Shown here: in pieces, positions 31,078 through 40,412 of the stretch
How the letters are laid out: the number at the start of each line of letters is the position of its first letter
Position numbering within the stretch: the first letter of the stretch is position 1
Source: Aquirhabdus sp.
GTDB taxonomy: Bacteria > Pseudomonadota > Gammaproteobacteria > Pseudomonadales > Moraxellaceae
Reading direction: 5' to 3'
DNA length: 64,000 bases
Assembly (NCBI GenBank): GCA_030149815.1
Contig: JASLHI010000018.1
Span: 7,330-71,329, forward strand
Position numbers and translations under genes: made by a program
Notes under the pieces: model-generated
Databases searched by the model: none
Told to the model about the DNA's origin: nothing
Seen by the model: the letters and a program-made list of their open reading frames with translations, nothing else

Positions 31078-31362
31078 TAGAAAACCTAGTTTATGCGGGC
31101 AAGTAGAATCAATATTTGAGGGGCGTATTGTAGTTTCTTGTCGATAGAATAACCAGCAATTGAGACCAGCTTATGAAAAATGACAATTTATTCTGGTAAG
31201 TTATGGTAATTAGTTTAGTGATAATCTTGTGCTAGTCTATGCAAATTTTCTTATTTCAAATGATTTGATTGTCGAACAAGTCTAGTCAGGTATTAGACTG
31301 GTTCAATGTTACAAATGTTTTGGATACAAGGATGAATTACATATTTGGGGTATAGGAATCAA

Positions 31363-32358
31363 ATGATGCAAATCAAAGCCAAAATCATAGTTGCTGCAAC
31401 ATTATCTCTTCTCGCCATGTCATCTTACGCACAAACGCTATGTGTGTTCGATCCTTTAGGCTCATCAGGCGATAATTACTCATTTATGAGAGATTATGAG
31501 CTCGTTGCGAAGCAATGGGGCGCAGATATTAACTTAAAGCCATATTCAGATGAACGACTTGCAGCGGCCGATTTTAAATCGGGCAAATGTGATGCTGCTG
31601 CACTGACAGGGATTAGAACAAGGCTGTTTAATAATTTTGTGGGCTCGATTGACTCAGCGGGTGGTGTGATCAATAGTGATCAGACGAAAACCATTATTTC
31701 ACTGATGGCTAATCCAAGATTAGCACCAGATATGCTGAGTAATGATACCGAGGTTGTTGGGGTCTCTAGCTTAGGATCTGCATATGTCATCGTGAATGAT
31801 CGTAATATTAATTCATTGCTTCGATTAGCGGGTAAACGCTTTGGTGCTCTTGATTATGATAAAGCGATTCCCTATATCGTTGAAAGAATTAATGGTGTAG
31901 TTGTTCCTACCGAATTAAAAGAATTAGGTCCGATGTTTAATTCAGGTAAGTTTGATGTGATTTTTGTCCCTCTCGTTGCATTTAGACCTCTAGAGTTAAA
32001 TAAAGGTGTAGGAAATAAAGGAGCGATTGCACGATTTACAGTTGCCGCAACCACTTTTGATATCGTGATTCATCCAGATCAATTTCCAGAGGGCTATGGT
32101 CAAAAAAGTCGGACATGGGTGGCAAGGCAGTTAGATCGACAAATGGCGGAAGTGCGTAAAATAGAAGGTGGTATTGATGCGCGCTACTGGATGGAATTGT
32201 CACCCAATGTGATTCCTGGATATTATAAAATTATGCGCGAAGCGCGAATCGGTCTCATGAAAGATGGAGTTTATAATAAAAAGATGCTTGGAATCCTTAA
32301 GAAAATTCGCTGTCGTCAAGAGCCGACGAATTTTGAGTGTCCATTGACAGACGAATAG
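31363..32358 (+). CDS. Periplasmic putative solute-binding protein, DUF6091/AdeT-like, copy 1
   Basis: Signal peptide; CVFDPLG, DFKSGKCD, FPEGYGQKSR, KKIRC...FECPLTDE shared by all 7 paralogs. Confidence 0.8.
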   Translation: MMQIKAKIIVAATLSLLAMSSYAQTLCVFDPLGSSGDNYSFMRDYELVAKQWGADINLKPYSDERLAAADFKSGKCDAAALTGIRTRLFNNFVGSIDSAGGVINSDQTKTIISLMANPRLAPDMLSNDTEVVGVSSLGSAYVIVNDRNINSLLRLAGKRFGALDYDKAIPYIVERINGVVVPTELKELGPMFNSGKFDVIFVPLVAFRPLELNKGVGNKGAIARFTVAATTFDIVIHPDQFPEGYGQKSRTWVARQLDRQMAEVRKIEGGIDARYWMELSPNVIPGYYKIMREARIGLMKDGVYNKKMLGILKKIRCRQEPTNFECPLTDE

Positions 32359-32380
32359 TCTGACGCAGAGAAAGAACTGG

Positions 32381-32418
32381 GCGTGCTTTTGTAGATTGTT
32401 ACGAAAGCGCGCTTTTTT
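32381..32418 (+). terminator. Terminator after copy 1
   Basis: GCGTGCTTTTGTA...TACGAAAGCGCGC followed by T6. Confidence 0.7.
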
Positions 32419-32588
32419 ATTTACCGTGTATTAATCATAAAGCATGCGGAATGTAAAAATTCTACTATTGATCATCTCATAAAAGATATAATATGTGATC
32501 GGAAAATGCTATAAAGGTTTAACGTGGATGCAATATCCATTTGGATGTCGGAAGCGGAAAGATTCTGCGCAATATAAGGATATATATT

Positions 32589-33581
32589 ATGAATATGACC
32601 ATCAAAATGGTTGTTGCCACAGCTTTAACGGTAATGGCATCTTCGTCCTATGCTCAAACGATTTGTGTTTATGATCCTCTCGGTTCACAAGGAGATAGTT
32701 TCTCCTTGATGAAGGATTATGCTGTTGCTGCAAAGCAATGGGGAGGAGATATTACTTTAAAACCTTACTCTGATGAAAAACTTGCTACAGCGGATTTTAA
32801 ATCAGGGAAGTGTGATGGAACGGCGATTACAGGGATTCGAGCACGTGCCTTTAATGATTTTGCTGGAACTATATCATCACCAGTTGGACTGTTGAACAAT
32901 GAGCAAACCAGAACCGTGATGGCACTTGTTGCCAATCCGAAATTAGCTTCTGATTTGCGAAGTGGTGATACTGAGGTTGCTGGTGTAACAAGTATCGGTT
33001 TTGCTTATATCATGGTCAAAGATAGAGCTATTAATACGATCCCTAAATTAACAACGATTAAGTTTGGTTCTTTATCTTTTGATAAAGTTCAGCAAATCTG
33101 TATCGAAAAATTTGGTGGTACAGCAGTTCCTCTAGAATTAAACGAGATTGCTTCAGCGTTTAATAGTGGCAAAGTTGGTGCTACTATTTTGCCTGCAATC
33201 GCTTTTAAGCCACTAGAGATTAATAAAGGAATGGGGAGTCAAGGTGCGATATTTAGATTCCCTGTGGCATTGACGACGTATGATTTGTTAGTCCATCCAG
33301 ATAAGTTTCCAGATGGTTATGGTCAGAAAAGTCGAACATGGTTTTTAGGGCAATTGGATCGTCAAATGGCAACAGTGAATAAAATCGAAAAATCGATTGA
33401 GCCTCACTATTGGGATACGATTCCATCGAATGTTGCACCTGGCTATGTCAAAATCTTGCGTGAAGCACGAATTAGTCTGACGAAAGAAGGGATTTATAAC
33501 AAGAAAATGATTGGATTGTTGAAAAAAGTTCGTTGTCATCAAGATCCAAGTAACTATGAATGTCCACTTACGGAAGAATGA
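32589..33581 (+). CDS. DUF6091/AdeT-like binding protein, copy 2
   Basis: Paralog motifs CVYDPLG, DFKSGKCD, YGQKSR, KVRC...YECPLTEE; AAGGA RBS before ATG 32589. Confidence 0.8.
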   Translation: MNMTIKMVVATALTVMASSSYAQTICVYDPLGSQGDSFSLMKDYAVAAKQWGGDITLKPYSDEKLATADFKSGKCDGTAITGIRARAFNDFAGTISSPVGLLNNEQTRTVMALVANPKLASDLRSGDTEVAGVTSIGFAYIMVKDRAINTIPKLTTIKFGSLSFDKVQQICIEKFGGTAVPLELNEIASAFNSGKVGATILPAIAFKPLEINKGMGSQGAIFRFPVALTTYDLLVHPDKFPDGYGQKSRTWFLGQLDRQMATVNKIEKSIEPHYWDTIPSNVAPGYVKILREARISLTKEGIYNKKMIGLLKKVRCHQDPSNYECPLTEE

Positions 33582-33609
33582 TCTCCATTCACGATTGAAA
33601 AAAATTGTA

Positions 33610-33645
33610 ACCACTGCATAGAATGTTAGATTTCTATGCAGTGGT
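33610..33645. repeat. 14-bp perfect inverted repeat after copy 2
   Basis: ACCACTGCATAGAA-8nt-TTCTATGCAGTGGT. Confidence 0.75.
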
Positions 33646-34053
33646 ATAAAAAGTAAAGAAACGTTCAAGATCAATATCTATAAACGAAACATTAATATTG
33701 TCCGTAAATATTTTAAAATAAATGAGATGCTTATATTAAATATATGTAATATACATATTTAATATAACAGTTTTTATAACAATATAAGTAATTTAGTAAT
33801 ACAGCAAACATCGTTCAAATACTCGATTGAAAGCACGATTGTTATCGATAAATCAGTGATATGATTTAAAAACTTTTAGTTATAATCCCTGAGATATTTT
33901 TGTTGATTATCTGAGAAATAAGATAATTCGCATCGTTATTATATTTAGATATATGATATTTTAGCCGTATCAATATGGAAAAATTCCGATAATGAATCAT
34001 TTGATTAAATGAGTCGGGAATGAATAATTGGATTAATAAGGAAACATCAGCAC

Positions 34054-35046
34054 ATGGAAGTGAAAGTGTTGCTTGCCTCAACAGTGTTGATTCTAGCTAC
34101 ATCCGTACAAGCAAAAACGCAAAAAATGTGTATTTTTGACCCGCTTGGTGCTCAAGGGGATAGTTTCTCCATGAGTAAAGATTACGCTATCGCTGCCAAG
34201 CGATGGGGCGCTAATCTGACTTTAATTCCATATACGGACGAACGTATTGCAGCCGAAGATTTTAAGGCAGGTCAGTGTGATGCCGTTTATTTAACAGCAA
34301 TGCGTGCACGGCAATTCAACAGTTTTACTGGTTCAATTGATGCTATAGGAGGTCTTCCTAATAATGCAGCATCTAAGATGATCATTACGTTAATGGCTAA
34401 TCCTAAACTAGCACCAGATATGATCGAGAATGAATATGAGGTGGCAGGCGTCACAACATTGGGTTCAGCTTATATTATGGTGAGGGATCGCAGGATTAAT
34501 TCTCTGGCAAAGGCAGCAGGAATCAAGTTTGGTGTTTTAGATTATGATAAAGCGCAAGCAATCTTGGTTGACAAAGTTGGTGCTCAGCCTGTATCAGCCA
34601 GTTTAATGACGATCGGCGGCAAGTTCAATAATGGTCAAGTGGATGCCATTGGTATGCCTGCATTTGTATTTAAGCCTTTTGAACTTTATAAAGGTTTGGG
34701 TACTCAAGGTGCTATTGTTCGTTTTCCCGTGGTGCAAGTGACGGGTGATATCGTCATTCGTCCAGATCGGTTTCCTGAAGGTTATGGCCAGAAGAGCCGG
34801 ATATGGGTAGTCGGATTGCTTGGTAAAGAAATGGATATTATTAATAAAGTTGAAAACGCAATTGAGCCTAAATTTTGGTTAGATATTTCTGCTGTAGATA
34901 AGCTCAACTACATCAAAATTATGCGTGAAGGAAGAATAGATTTGACCAAGCAAGGCATTTATAACAAAAAGATGATGGGTCTCTTGAAAAAAGTCCGCTG
35001 TTTGCAAAATCCACATAGCTTTGAATGTTCGTTGACAGCTGAATAG
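34054..35046 (+). CDS. DUF6091/AdeT-like binding protein, copy 3
   Basis: CIFDPLG, EDFKAGQCD, GKFNNGQVD, KVRC...FECSLTAE. Confidence 0.82.
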   Translation: MEVKVLLASTVLILATSVQAKTQKMCIFDPLGAQGDSFSMSKDYAIAAKRWGANLTLIPYTDERIAAEDFKAGQCDAVYLTAMRARQFNSFTGSIDAIGGLPNNAASKMIITLMANPKLAPDMIENEYEVAGVTTLGSAYIMVRDRRINSLAKAAGIKFGVLDYDKAQAILVDKVGAQPVSASLMTIGGKFNNGQVDAIGMPAFVFKPFELYKGLGTQGAIVRFPVVQVTGDIVIRPDRFPEGYGQKSRIWVVGLLGKEMDIINKVENAIEPKFWLDISAVDKLNYIKIMREGRIDLTKQGIYNKKMMGLLKKVRCLQNPHSFECSLTAE

Positions 35047-35138
35047 TTATGAAAGAATGAACAAAATGTTCATTGTTAGACATGTATTTAAAATACCGTC
35101 GTCAATATAGGAAATTTAGCATGAATAGGAAATTTGAA

Positions 35139-36125
35139 ATGAAAGCGAAAATGTTTCTTGCTGTACTTACGACAATGATAGTTGGATCGGCACACGCTCA
35201 AACAATGTGTATTTTTGATCCTCTTGGTGCCCAAGGTGATAATTATGCAATGATGAAGGATTATGTCATTGCTGCAAAACAATGGGGAACTGATCTTAAA
35301 TTAAGGCCATACACGGATGAGCGGGTGGCTGCTGAAGATTTCAAGGCAGGTCAGTGTGACGGTGTTGCATTAACTGGTATGCGTGCTCGTCAGTTTAATA
35401 GTTTTATTGGTTCAATTGATGCAATCGGTGCACTCCCCAATAATACATCAACAAAAATGATTATTACCTTAATGGCTAATCCTAAACTTGCCTCTGATAT
35501 GATCCAAAATGGCTACGAGGTTGCAGGAGTTACGACCTTAGGTTCTGCATATATTATGGTGAGAGATAAGAAAATTAACTCCCTTGCCAAGGCCGCAGGC
35601 ATTAAGTTTGGTGTTTTGGATTATGACAAGGCTCAAGCAAAACTCGTTCAGAAAGTCGGTGCACAGCCTGTATCCGTAGATTTACTCACGGTGGGTGCTA
35701 AATTTAATAATGGTCAGGTGGATGCGATCGGCATGCCAGCAATGGGTTTTAAGCCGTTTGAACTTTATAAAGGACTCGGAACTCAAGGTGCAATTATTCG
35801 TTTTCCTGTGTTACAGGTGATGGGTGATATTGTTATTCGTCCCGAAAAATTTCCAGATGGCTATGGTCAAAAAAGCCGTACCTGGGTTGCAGGATTGCTT
35901 GGACGAGAAATAGAGAATATTAATAAATTAGAATCGGCGATTGATTCAAAGTATTGGTTAGATATCTCGGCAAATGACAAACTTGGCTATACGAAGCTGA
36001 TGCGTGAAGGGCGAATTGATTTAACCAATGAAGGCATTTATAACAAAAAAATGATGGGACTGCTCAAAAAAGTAAGGTGTTCGCAGGATCCAAATAGCTT
36101 TGAGTGCTCTTTGACTGGAGAGTAA
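35139..36125 (+). CDS. DUF6091/AdeT-like binding protein, copy 4
   Basis: Same motifs; start placed at MKAKMF with AGGA RBS. Confidence 0.82.
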   Translation: MKAKMFLAVLTTMIVGSAHAQTMCIFDPLGAQGDNYAMMKDYVIAAKQWGTDLKLRPYTDERVAAEDFKAGQCDGVALTGMRARQFNSFIGSIDAIGALPNNTSTKMIITLMANPKLASDMIQNGYEVAGVTTLGSAYIMVRDKKINSLAKAAGIKFGVLDYDKAQAKLVQKVGAQPVSVDLLTVGAKFNNGQVDAIGMPAMGFKPFELYKGLGTQGAIIRFPVLQVMGDIVIRPEKFPDGYGQKSRTWVAGLLGREIENINKLESAIDSKYWLDISANDKLGYTKLMREGRIDLTNEGIYNKKMMGLLKKVRCSQDPNSFECSLTGE

Positions 36126-36147
36126 TGTTAAATAGATCTCATTTTTG

Positions 36148-36181
36148 AAAAGACCTCATTTTGTAAATGGGGTCTTTTTTT
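36148..36181 (+). terminator. Terminator after copy 4
   Basis: AAAAGACCTCATTT-tgt-AAATGGGGTCTTTTTTT. Confidence 0.8.
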
Positions 36182-36303
36182 CATTTAAAAAGTGTGCGAT
36201 AACTGACCAAGCGATTCTAGCTTGATATTCACTTCTGAGTTCAAGCATGAGAACAAGTGCTTATATAGAATAAATATCGTAGCCAATAATAGGGATTTTT
36301 GGT

Positions 36304-37299
36304 ATGAAAGTTACACAAATTTTTGCTGTAGCGGCGGCAGTGATGATGGCAAATTCAGCACAAGCACAAATCCAGACCATGTGTGTGTTTGATCTACTTG
36401 GAACGCAAGGCGATAGCTATGCGCTCATGAAAGATTATGCGCTGGCATCTAAGCAGTGGGGCGCAAATATTGTGCTGAAAGCTTATCCTGATGAGCGGGT
36501 TGCGTTTGAGGATTTTAAAGCTGGGCAATGTGATGCGATTTCGTTAAGTGGCTTGCGTGCTCGTCAGTTCAATAATTTTGTTGGATCGATTGATGCGATT
36601 GGTGCAGTACCGAGTAATGCTGCTGCAAAAATGATTATTAGTTTAATGGCAAACCCTAAACTTGCGCCGGATATGCTGCAAAATGGTTATGAAGTCGCTG
36701 GAGTAACCTCATTGGGTTCTGGTTATATTATGGTGAGAGATCGCAAGATTAATTCATTAGCTAAAGCCGCAGGAATCAAATTCGGTGTTTTAGATTATGA
36801 TAAAGCCCAATCTGCAATGATCCAGAAAATTGGTGCTCAACCCGTTGCTAGTGATTTGATGAGTATTGGTGGTAAGTTTAATAATGGTCAGATTGATGCA
36901 ATGGGTATGCCTGCACTTGCCTTCCGACCGATGGAACTTTTTAAAGGACTAGGAACGAAGGGTGCAATTTTTCGTTTTCCTGTGATTCACATTACTTATG
37001 ATATTGTGATTCGTCCTGAAAAATTTCCAGATGGCTATGGTCAGAAGAGTCGGACATGGGCGACGAGCCTGATTCCTCGAGAGTTTGATAATATTAATAA
37101 GACTGAACGTGGCATTGATGCCAAGTATTGGGAAGAGCTTTCTACAAATGACAAACTCGGTTATGTCAAGCTGATGCGAGAAGCGCGGATCGATCTAACG
37201 AAGCAAGATATTTATAATAAAAAAATGATGGGTTTGCTGAAAAAAGTACGATGCGCACAAGATCCAAGTAGTTTTGAATGCTCTTTAACTGGGGAGTAA
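36304..37299 (+). CDS. DUF6091/AdeT-like binding protein, copy 5
   Basis: CVFDLLG, EDFKAGQCD, KVRCAQDPSSFEC. Confidence 0.82.
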   Translation: MKVTQIFAVAAAVMMANSAQAQIQTMCVFDLLGTQGDSYALMKDYALASKQWGANIVLKAYPDERVAFEDFKAGQCDAISLSGLRARQFNNFVGSIDAIGAVPSNAAAKMIISLMANPKLAPDMLQNGYEVAGVTSLGSGYIMVRDRKINSLAKAAGIKFGVLDYDKAQSAMIQKIGAQPVASDLMSIGGKFNNGQIDAMGMPALAFRPMELFKGLGTKGAIFRFPVIHITYDIVIRPEKFPDGYGQKSRTWATSLIPREFDNINKTERGIDAKYWEELSTNDKLGYVKLMREARIDLTKQDIYNKKMMGLLKKVRCAQDPSSFECSLTGE

Positions 37300-37307
37300 G
37301 AGAAGAT

Positions 37308-37344
37308 GTGACCATTACGGATAAGTTTTATTCGTAATGGTTAC
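37308..37344 (+). terminator. Stem-loop after copy 5
   Basis: GTGACCATTACGGATAA-gtt-TTATTCGTAATGGTTAC with a weak U tract. Confidence 0.55.
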
Positions 37345-37524
37345 TATTTATAAAGTTGATATAAAGCAAAACAAAGTTGTATTAAAAATATAAAAAATCA
37401 CGCAAGTTAAGTAAAAACAATCATTCAATACTTGAAAAAAGATTGAACTCGGGCAGAATAGTCTCATTCAAAAATAGGTAATGGAATACCTCCATTAACT
37501 ATAGGAATTACAGGGAACATTACG

Positions 37525-38526
37525 ATGAAAACAAATTTAAAATTGGCCGTAGCTACAGCGGCGATTACTCTTGCAGGTGCCGCGCACGCTGCTGGATCGC
37601 AAACCATGTGCGTGTTTGATATTGCAGGCGCGCAAGGCGATAACTATGCAATGATGAAGGATTATGTTCTTGCTGCGAAACAGTGGGGAGCTAATATTAC
37701 GCTGAAAGCATACACCGATGAACGTGTTGCTGCAGAAGATTTTAAAGCTGGACAATGTGATGGCGTTGCTTTGACTGGTATTCGTGCTCGCCAATTTAAT
37801 AGTTTTACAGGTTCGATTGATGCGATTGGTGGCTTGACCAGCAATGCTTCCGCGAAATCAATTATCGGTGTTATGGCGAGTCCAAAACTTGCACCAGATA
37901 TGTTACAAAATGGCTATGAAGTTGTTGGTGTAACAACTTTGGGTTCTGCTTACATCATGGTGAATGATCGTGCGATTAATACACTAGCAAAAGCTGCAGG
38001 TAAGCGTTTTGGTGTACTCGATTACGATAAAGCACAAGCGAAGATTGTGCAAAAAGTTGGCGCGCAGCCTGTTTCTGTAGACTTGTTGACCATCGGTGGT
38101 AAATTTAATAATGGTCAGGTGGATATGATTGGTTTACCTGCGATTGCTTTTAAACCATTAGAGCTCTACAAAGGTTTGGGTAGTAAAGGTGCGATTGTAC
38201 GCTTCCCTGTCGTACAAGTCACAGGTGATATCGTGATTCGTCCAGGAAAATTCCCTGCGGATTACGGACAAAAAAGTCGCGACTATATTGCAAGCCAAGT
38301 TGGTCGTGAAATGGAACTCGTAAATAAAACTGAAAAAGCAATTGATGCGAAGTATTGGATGGATATTCCACCAGCAGACAAATTGGGTTATATCAAGTTG
38401 ATGCGTGATTCACGTATTGAGATGACTAAAGAAGGCATTTACAACAAAAAAATGATGGCAATTCTGAAGAAAGTTCGTTGCCAAGGTGATCCTTCAAGTT
38501 TTGAATGTGCATTGAATGACGAATAA
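37525..38526 (+). CDS. DUF6091/AdeT-like binding protein, copy 6
   Basis: CVFDIAG, EDFKAGQCD, KVRCQGDPSSFEC. Confidence 0.82.
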   Translation: MKTNLKLAVATAAITLAGAAHAAGSQTMCVFDIAGAQGDNYAMMKDYVLAAKQWGANITLKAYTDERVAAEDFKAGQCDGVALTGIRARQFNSFTGSIDAIGGLTSNASAKSIIGVMASPKLAPDMLQNGYEVVGVTTLGSAYIMVNDRAINTLAKAAGKRFGVLDYDKAQAKIVQKVGAQPVSVDLLTIGGKFNNGQVDMIGLPAIAFKPLELYKGLGSKGAIVRFPVVQVTGDIVIRPGKFPADYGQKSRDYIASQVGREMELVNKTEKAIDAKYWMDIPPADKLGYIKLMRDSRIEMTKEGIYNKKMMAILKKVRCQGDPSSFECALNDE

Positions 38527-38550
38527 GTTGTATTCTCGTTTTTAAAAAAG

Positions 38551-38581
38551 AAAGCCTAGCAGTCACTTGCTGGGCTTTTTT
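38551..38581 (+). terminator. Terminator after copy 6
   Basis: AAAGCCTAGCA...TGCTGGGCTTTTTT. Confidence 0.8.
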
Positions 38582-38730
38582 GTAGCATAAAAGTCGGCAA
38601 ATAAAGTTCGGAACGCCATTGTATTCATGGTGAAGTTCGGCTAAAAATAGCGCGCAATGGACTAGAGCTGTCGCTAATTAGGCTAAAGCAAGTCTATAAA
38701 GGCTTTGTTTATCATATATGGAGTAATGAG

Positions 38731-39753
38731 ATGAAAAAAATTGCAATGGCGGCTCTCTTAGCTGCAATGAGCTTCCACTCAGTTTATGCTGCTGGTCCAA
38801 AGCTCACATTATGTGTATATGATCCATTGGGTGCACGTGGCGATGCGTACGGGTATGCAAAAGACTATGTATTACAATTTCCACGTTTTGGTTTGACAAA
38901 TCCAGTTGAATTAAAAGCTTACACCAATGAAGCAATTATTGCTGAAGACTTCAAAGCGGGTCAGTGCGATGGTGCTGTCATGACCAATCTACGTGCACGT
39001 CAGTTCAATAAGTATACGGGCAGCTTGGATGCGATTGGTGCAGTTCCTTCAAGACAAGATCTTAATGTTGCTTTGCAAGCACTGGCAAGTAAGCAGTTGG
39101 CGCCTAAGATGTCAGAAGGTGATTATGAGGTTGTAGGTCAAATTCCACTCGGTACTGCTTACATCATGGTTGGCGATCGTAAGATCAATACCTTGGCAAA
39201 AGCCGCAGGTAAGAAAATTGCGGTGTTAGACTATGATAAATCACAAGCTAAACTCGTACAGAAAGTGGGTGCTCAGCCCGTAAGTGTCGATTTAACGACA
39301 ATTTCTGGTAAATTCAACAACCATCAAGTTGATATTATTGCGGGTCCAGCAGTAATCTTCAAACCGTTTGAACTTGCAAAAGGGATGACGGGTCCAAATG
39401 GTGAAATTACTGGTGCTGTGGTTCGTTTCCCACTTATCCAAATTACTGCGACAATGGTTGTCCGTAAGAGTAAGTTTAGCAATGAAGAAGCCAACCAGAA
39501 GATCCGTGAATATGTAAACAGCCAGATTGGAACTGCTTATAAATACATCGATAATGCTGAAAAAGAGATTGATGCAAAATACTGGATGGATGTTCCAGCA
39601 GCAGATAAAGCGGGTTATGTAAAATTGATGCGCGCATCGCGTCTGGATCTCACCAAAGATGGTACATATGATCCAGAAATGATGCATCTGTTGAAGAAAG
39701 TCCGTTGTAAATCAGATCCAACAAACTTTGAATGTGCCCTGAACGATGAGTAA
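38731..39753 (+). CDS. DUF6091/AdeT-like binding protein, copy 7
   Basis: CVYDPLG, EDFKAGQCD, KVRCKSDPTNFEC; GGAG RBS. Confidence 0.82.
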   Translation: MKKIAMAALLAAMSFHSVYAAGPKLTLCVYDPLGARGDAYGYAKDYVLQFPRFGLTNPVELKAYTNEAIIAEDFKAGQCDGAVMTNLRARQFNKYTGSLDAIGAVPSRQDLNVALQALASKQLAPKMSEGDYEVVGQIPLGTAYIMVGDRKINTLAKAAGKKIAVLDYDKSQAKLVQKVGAQPVSVDLTTISGKFNNHQVDIIAGPAVIFKPFELAKGMTGPNGEITGAVVRFPLIQITATMVVRKSKFSNEEANQKIREYVNSQIGTAYKYIDNAEKEIDAKYWMDVPAADKAGYVKLMRASRLDLTKDGTYDPEMMHLLKKVRCKSDPTNFECALNDE

Positions 39754-39797
39754 GTTGTTCTAGCATTGCTTTAAAAAGCAGCGTTTGATGTCAAAAG

Positions 39798-39833
39798 AAG
39801 CCCACTAGAAATAATAGTCTGGTGGGTTTTTTT
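39798..39833 (+). terminator. Terminator after copy 7
   Basis: AAGCCCACTAGA...TCTGGTGGGTTTTTTT. Confidence 0.8.
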
Positions 39834-40024
39834 ATGTAAAGTGTTGCGGTAGGTAATGACGTTATATTGTATTTGAATCCCTAATGCTTGAAAAATGACG
39901 TTACACCCAAATCTTATTCCCGTTGGACGAACGTGTTATGATAGTAGCCTGCAAAGCGACTAATTTTTCTCCATATCTGAGAGATTGTCGGGTTGAGTCT
40001 GTTTGTGCTGAGGAGATTTGAGTA

Positions 40025-40360
40025 ATGAATGCACCTGCCATGGTTTTAACTGATCGCGCGGCGACTAAAGTACGTCAATTGCGCGACGGTGAAGGAAGTG
40101 ATGACTTGTTGCTACGAGTTTATGTCACGGGCGGCGGTTGTTCAGGGTTTTCCTATGGTTTTACTTTTGCTGAAGCCTCTAATGATGACGATGCACGTAT
40201 CGAGAACGGTGATGTGGCAATGGTGGTTGATTCATTAAGCTATCAATATCTCGTCGGCTCGGAAGTTGATTATCTTGAAGGACTCGAAGGTTCTCGTTTT
40301 GTTGTAAAAAATCCTAATGCAACAACAACATGCGGTTGTGGTTCGTCTTTTTCGATTTAA
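40025..40360 (+). CDS. erpA: Fe-S cluster insertion protein ErpA
   Basis: [33 protein letters not shown]. Confidence 0.95.
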   Translation: MNAPAMVLTDRAATKVRQLRDGEGSDDLLLRVYVTGGGCSGFSYGFTFAEASNDDDARIENGDVAMVVDSLSYQYLVGSEVDYLEGLEGSRFVVKNPNATTTCGCGSSFSI

Positions 40361-40412
40361 GTATTTAAATACTTTTTCTTCTATTTCAATTGTTCTCAAA
40401 ACACACCGCAGA

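Noticed and set aside
31363..39753. Array as an RND efflux pump
   Set aside because: The proteins are ~330-aa soluble secreted proteins with no TM domains; no RND, MFP or OMF genes are present
39941..39964. IscR site upstream of erpA
   Set aside because: Only partial resemblance to the type 1 motif; not supportable by eye
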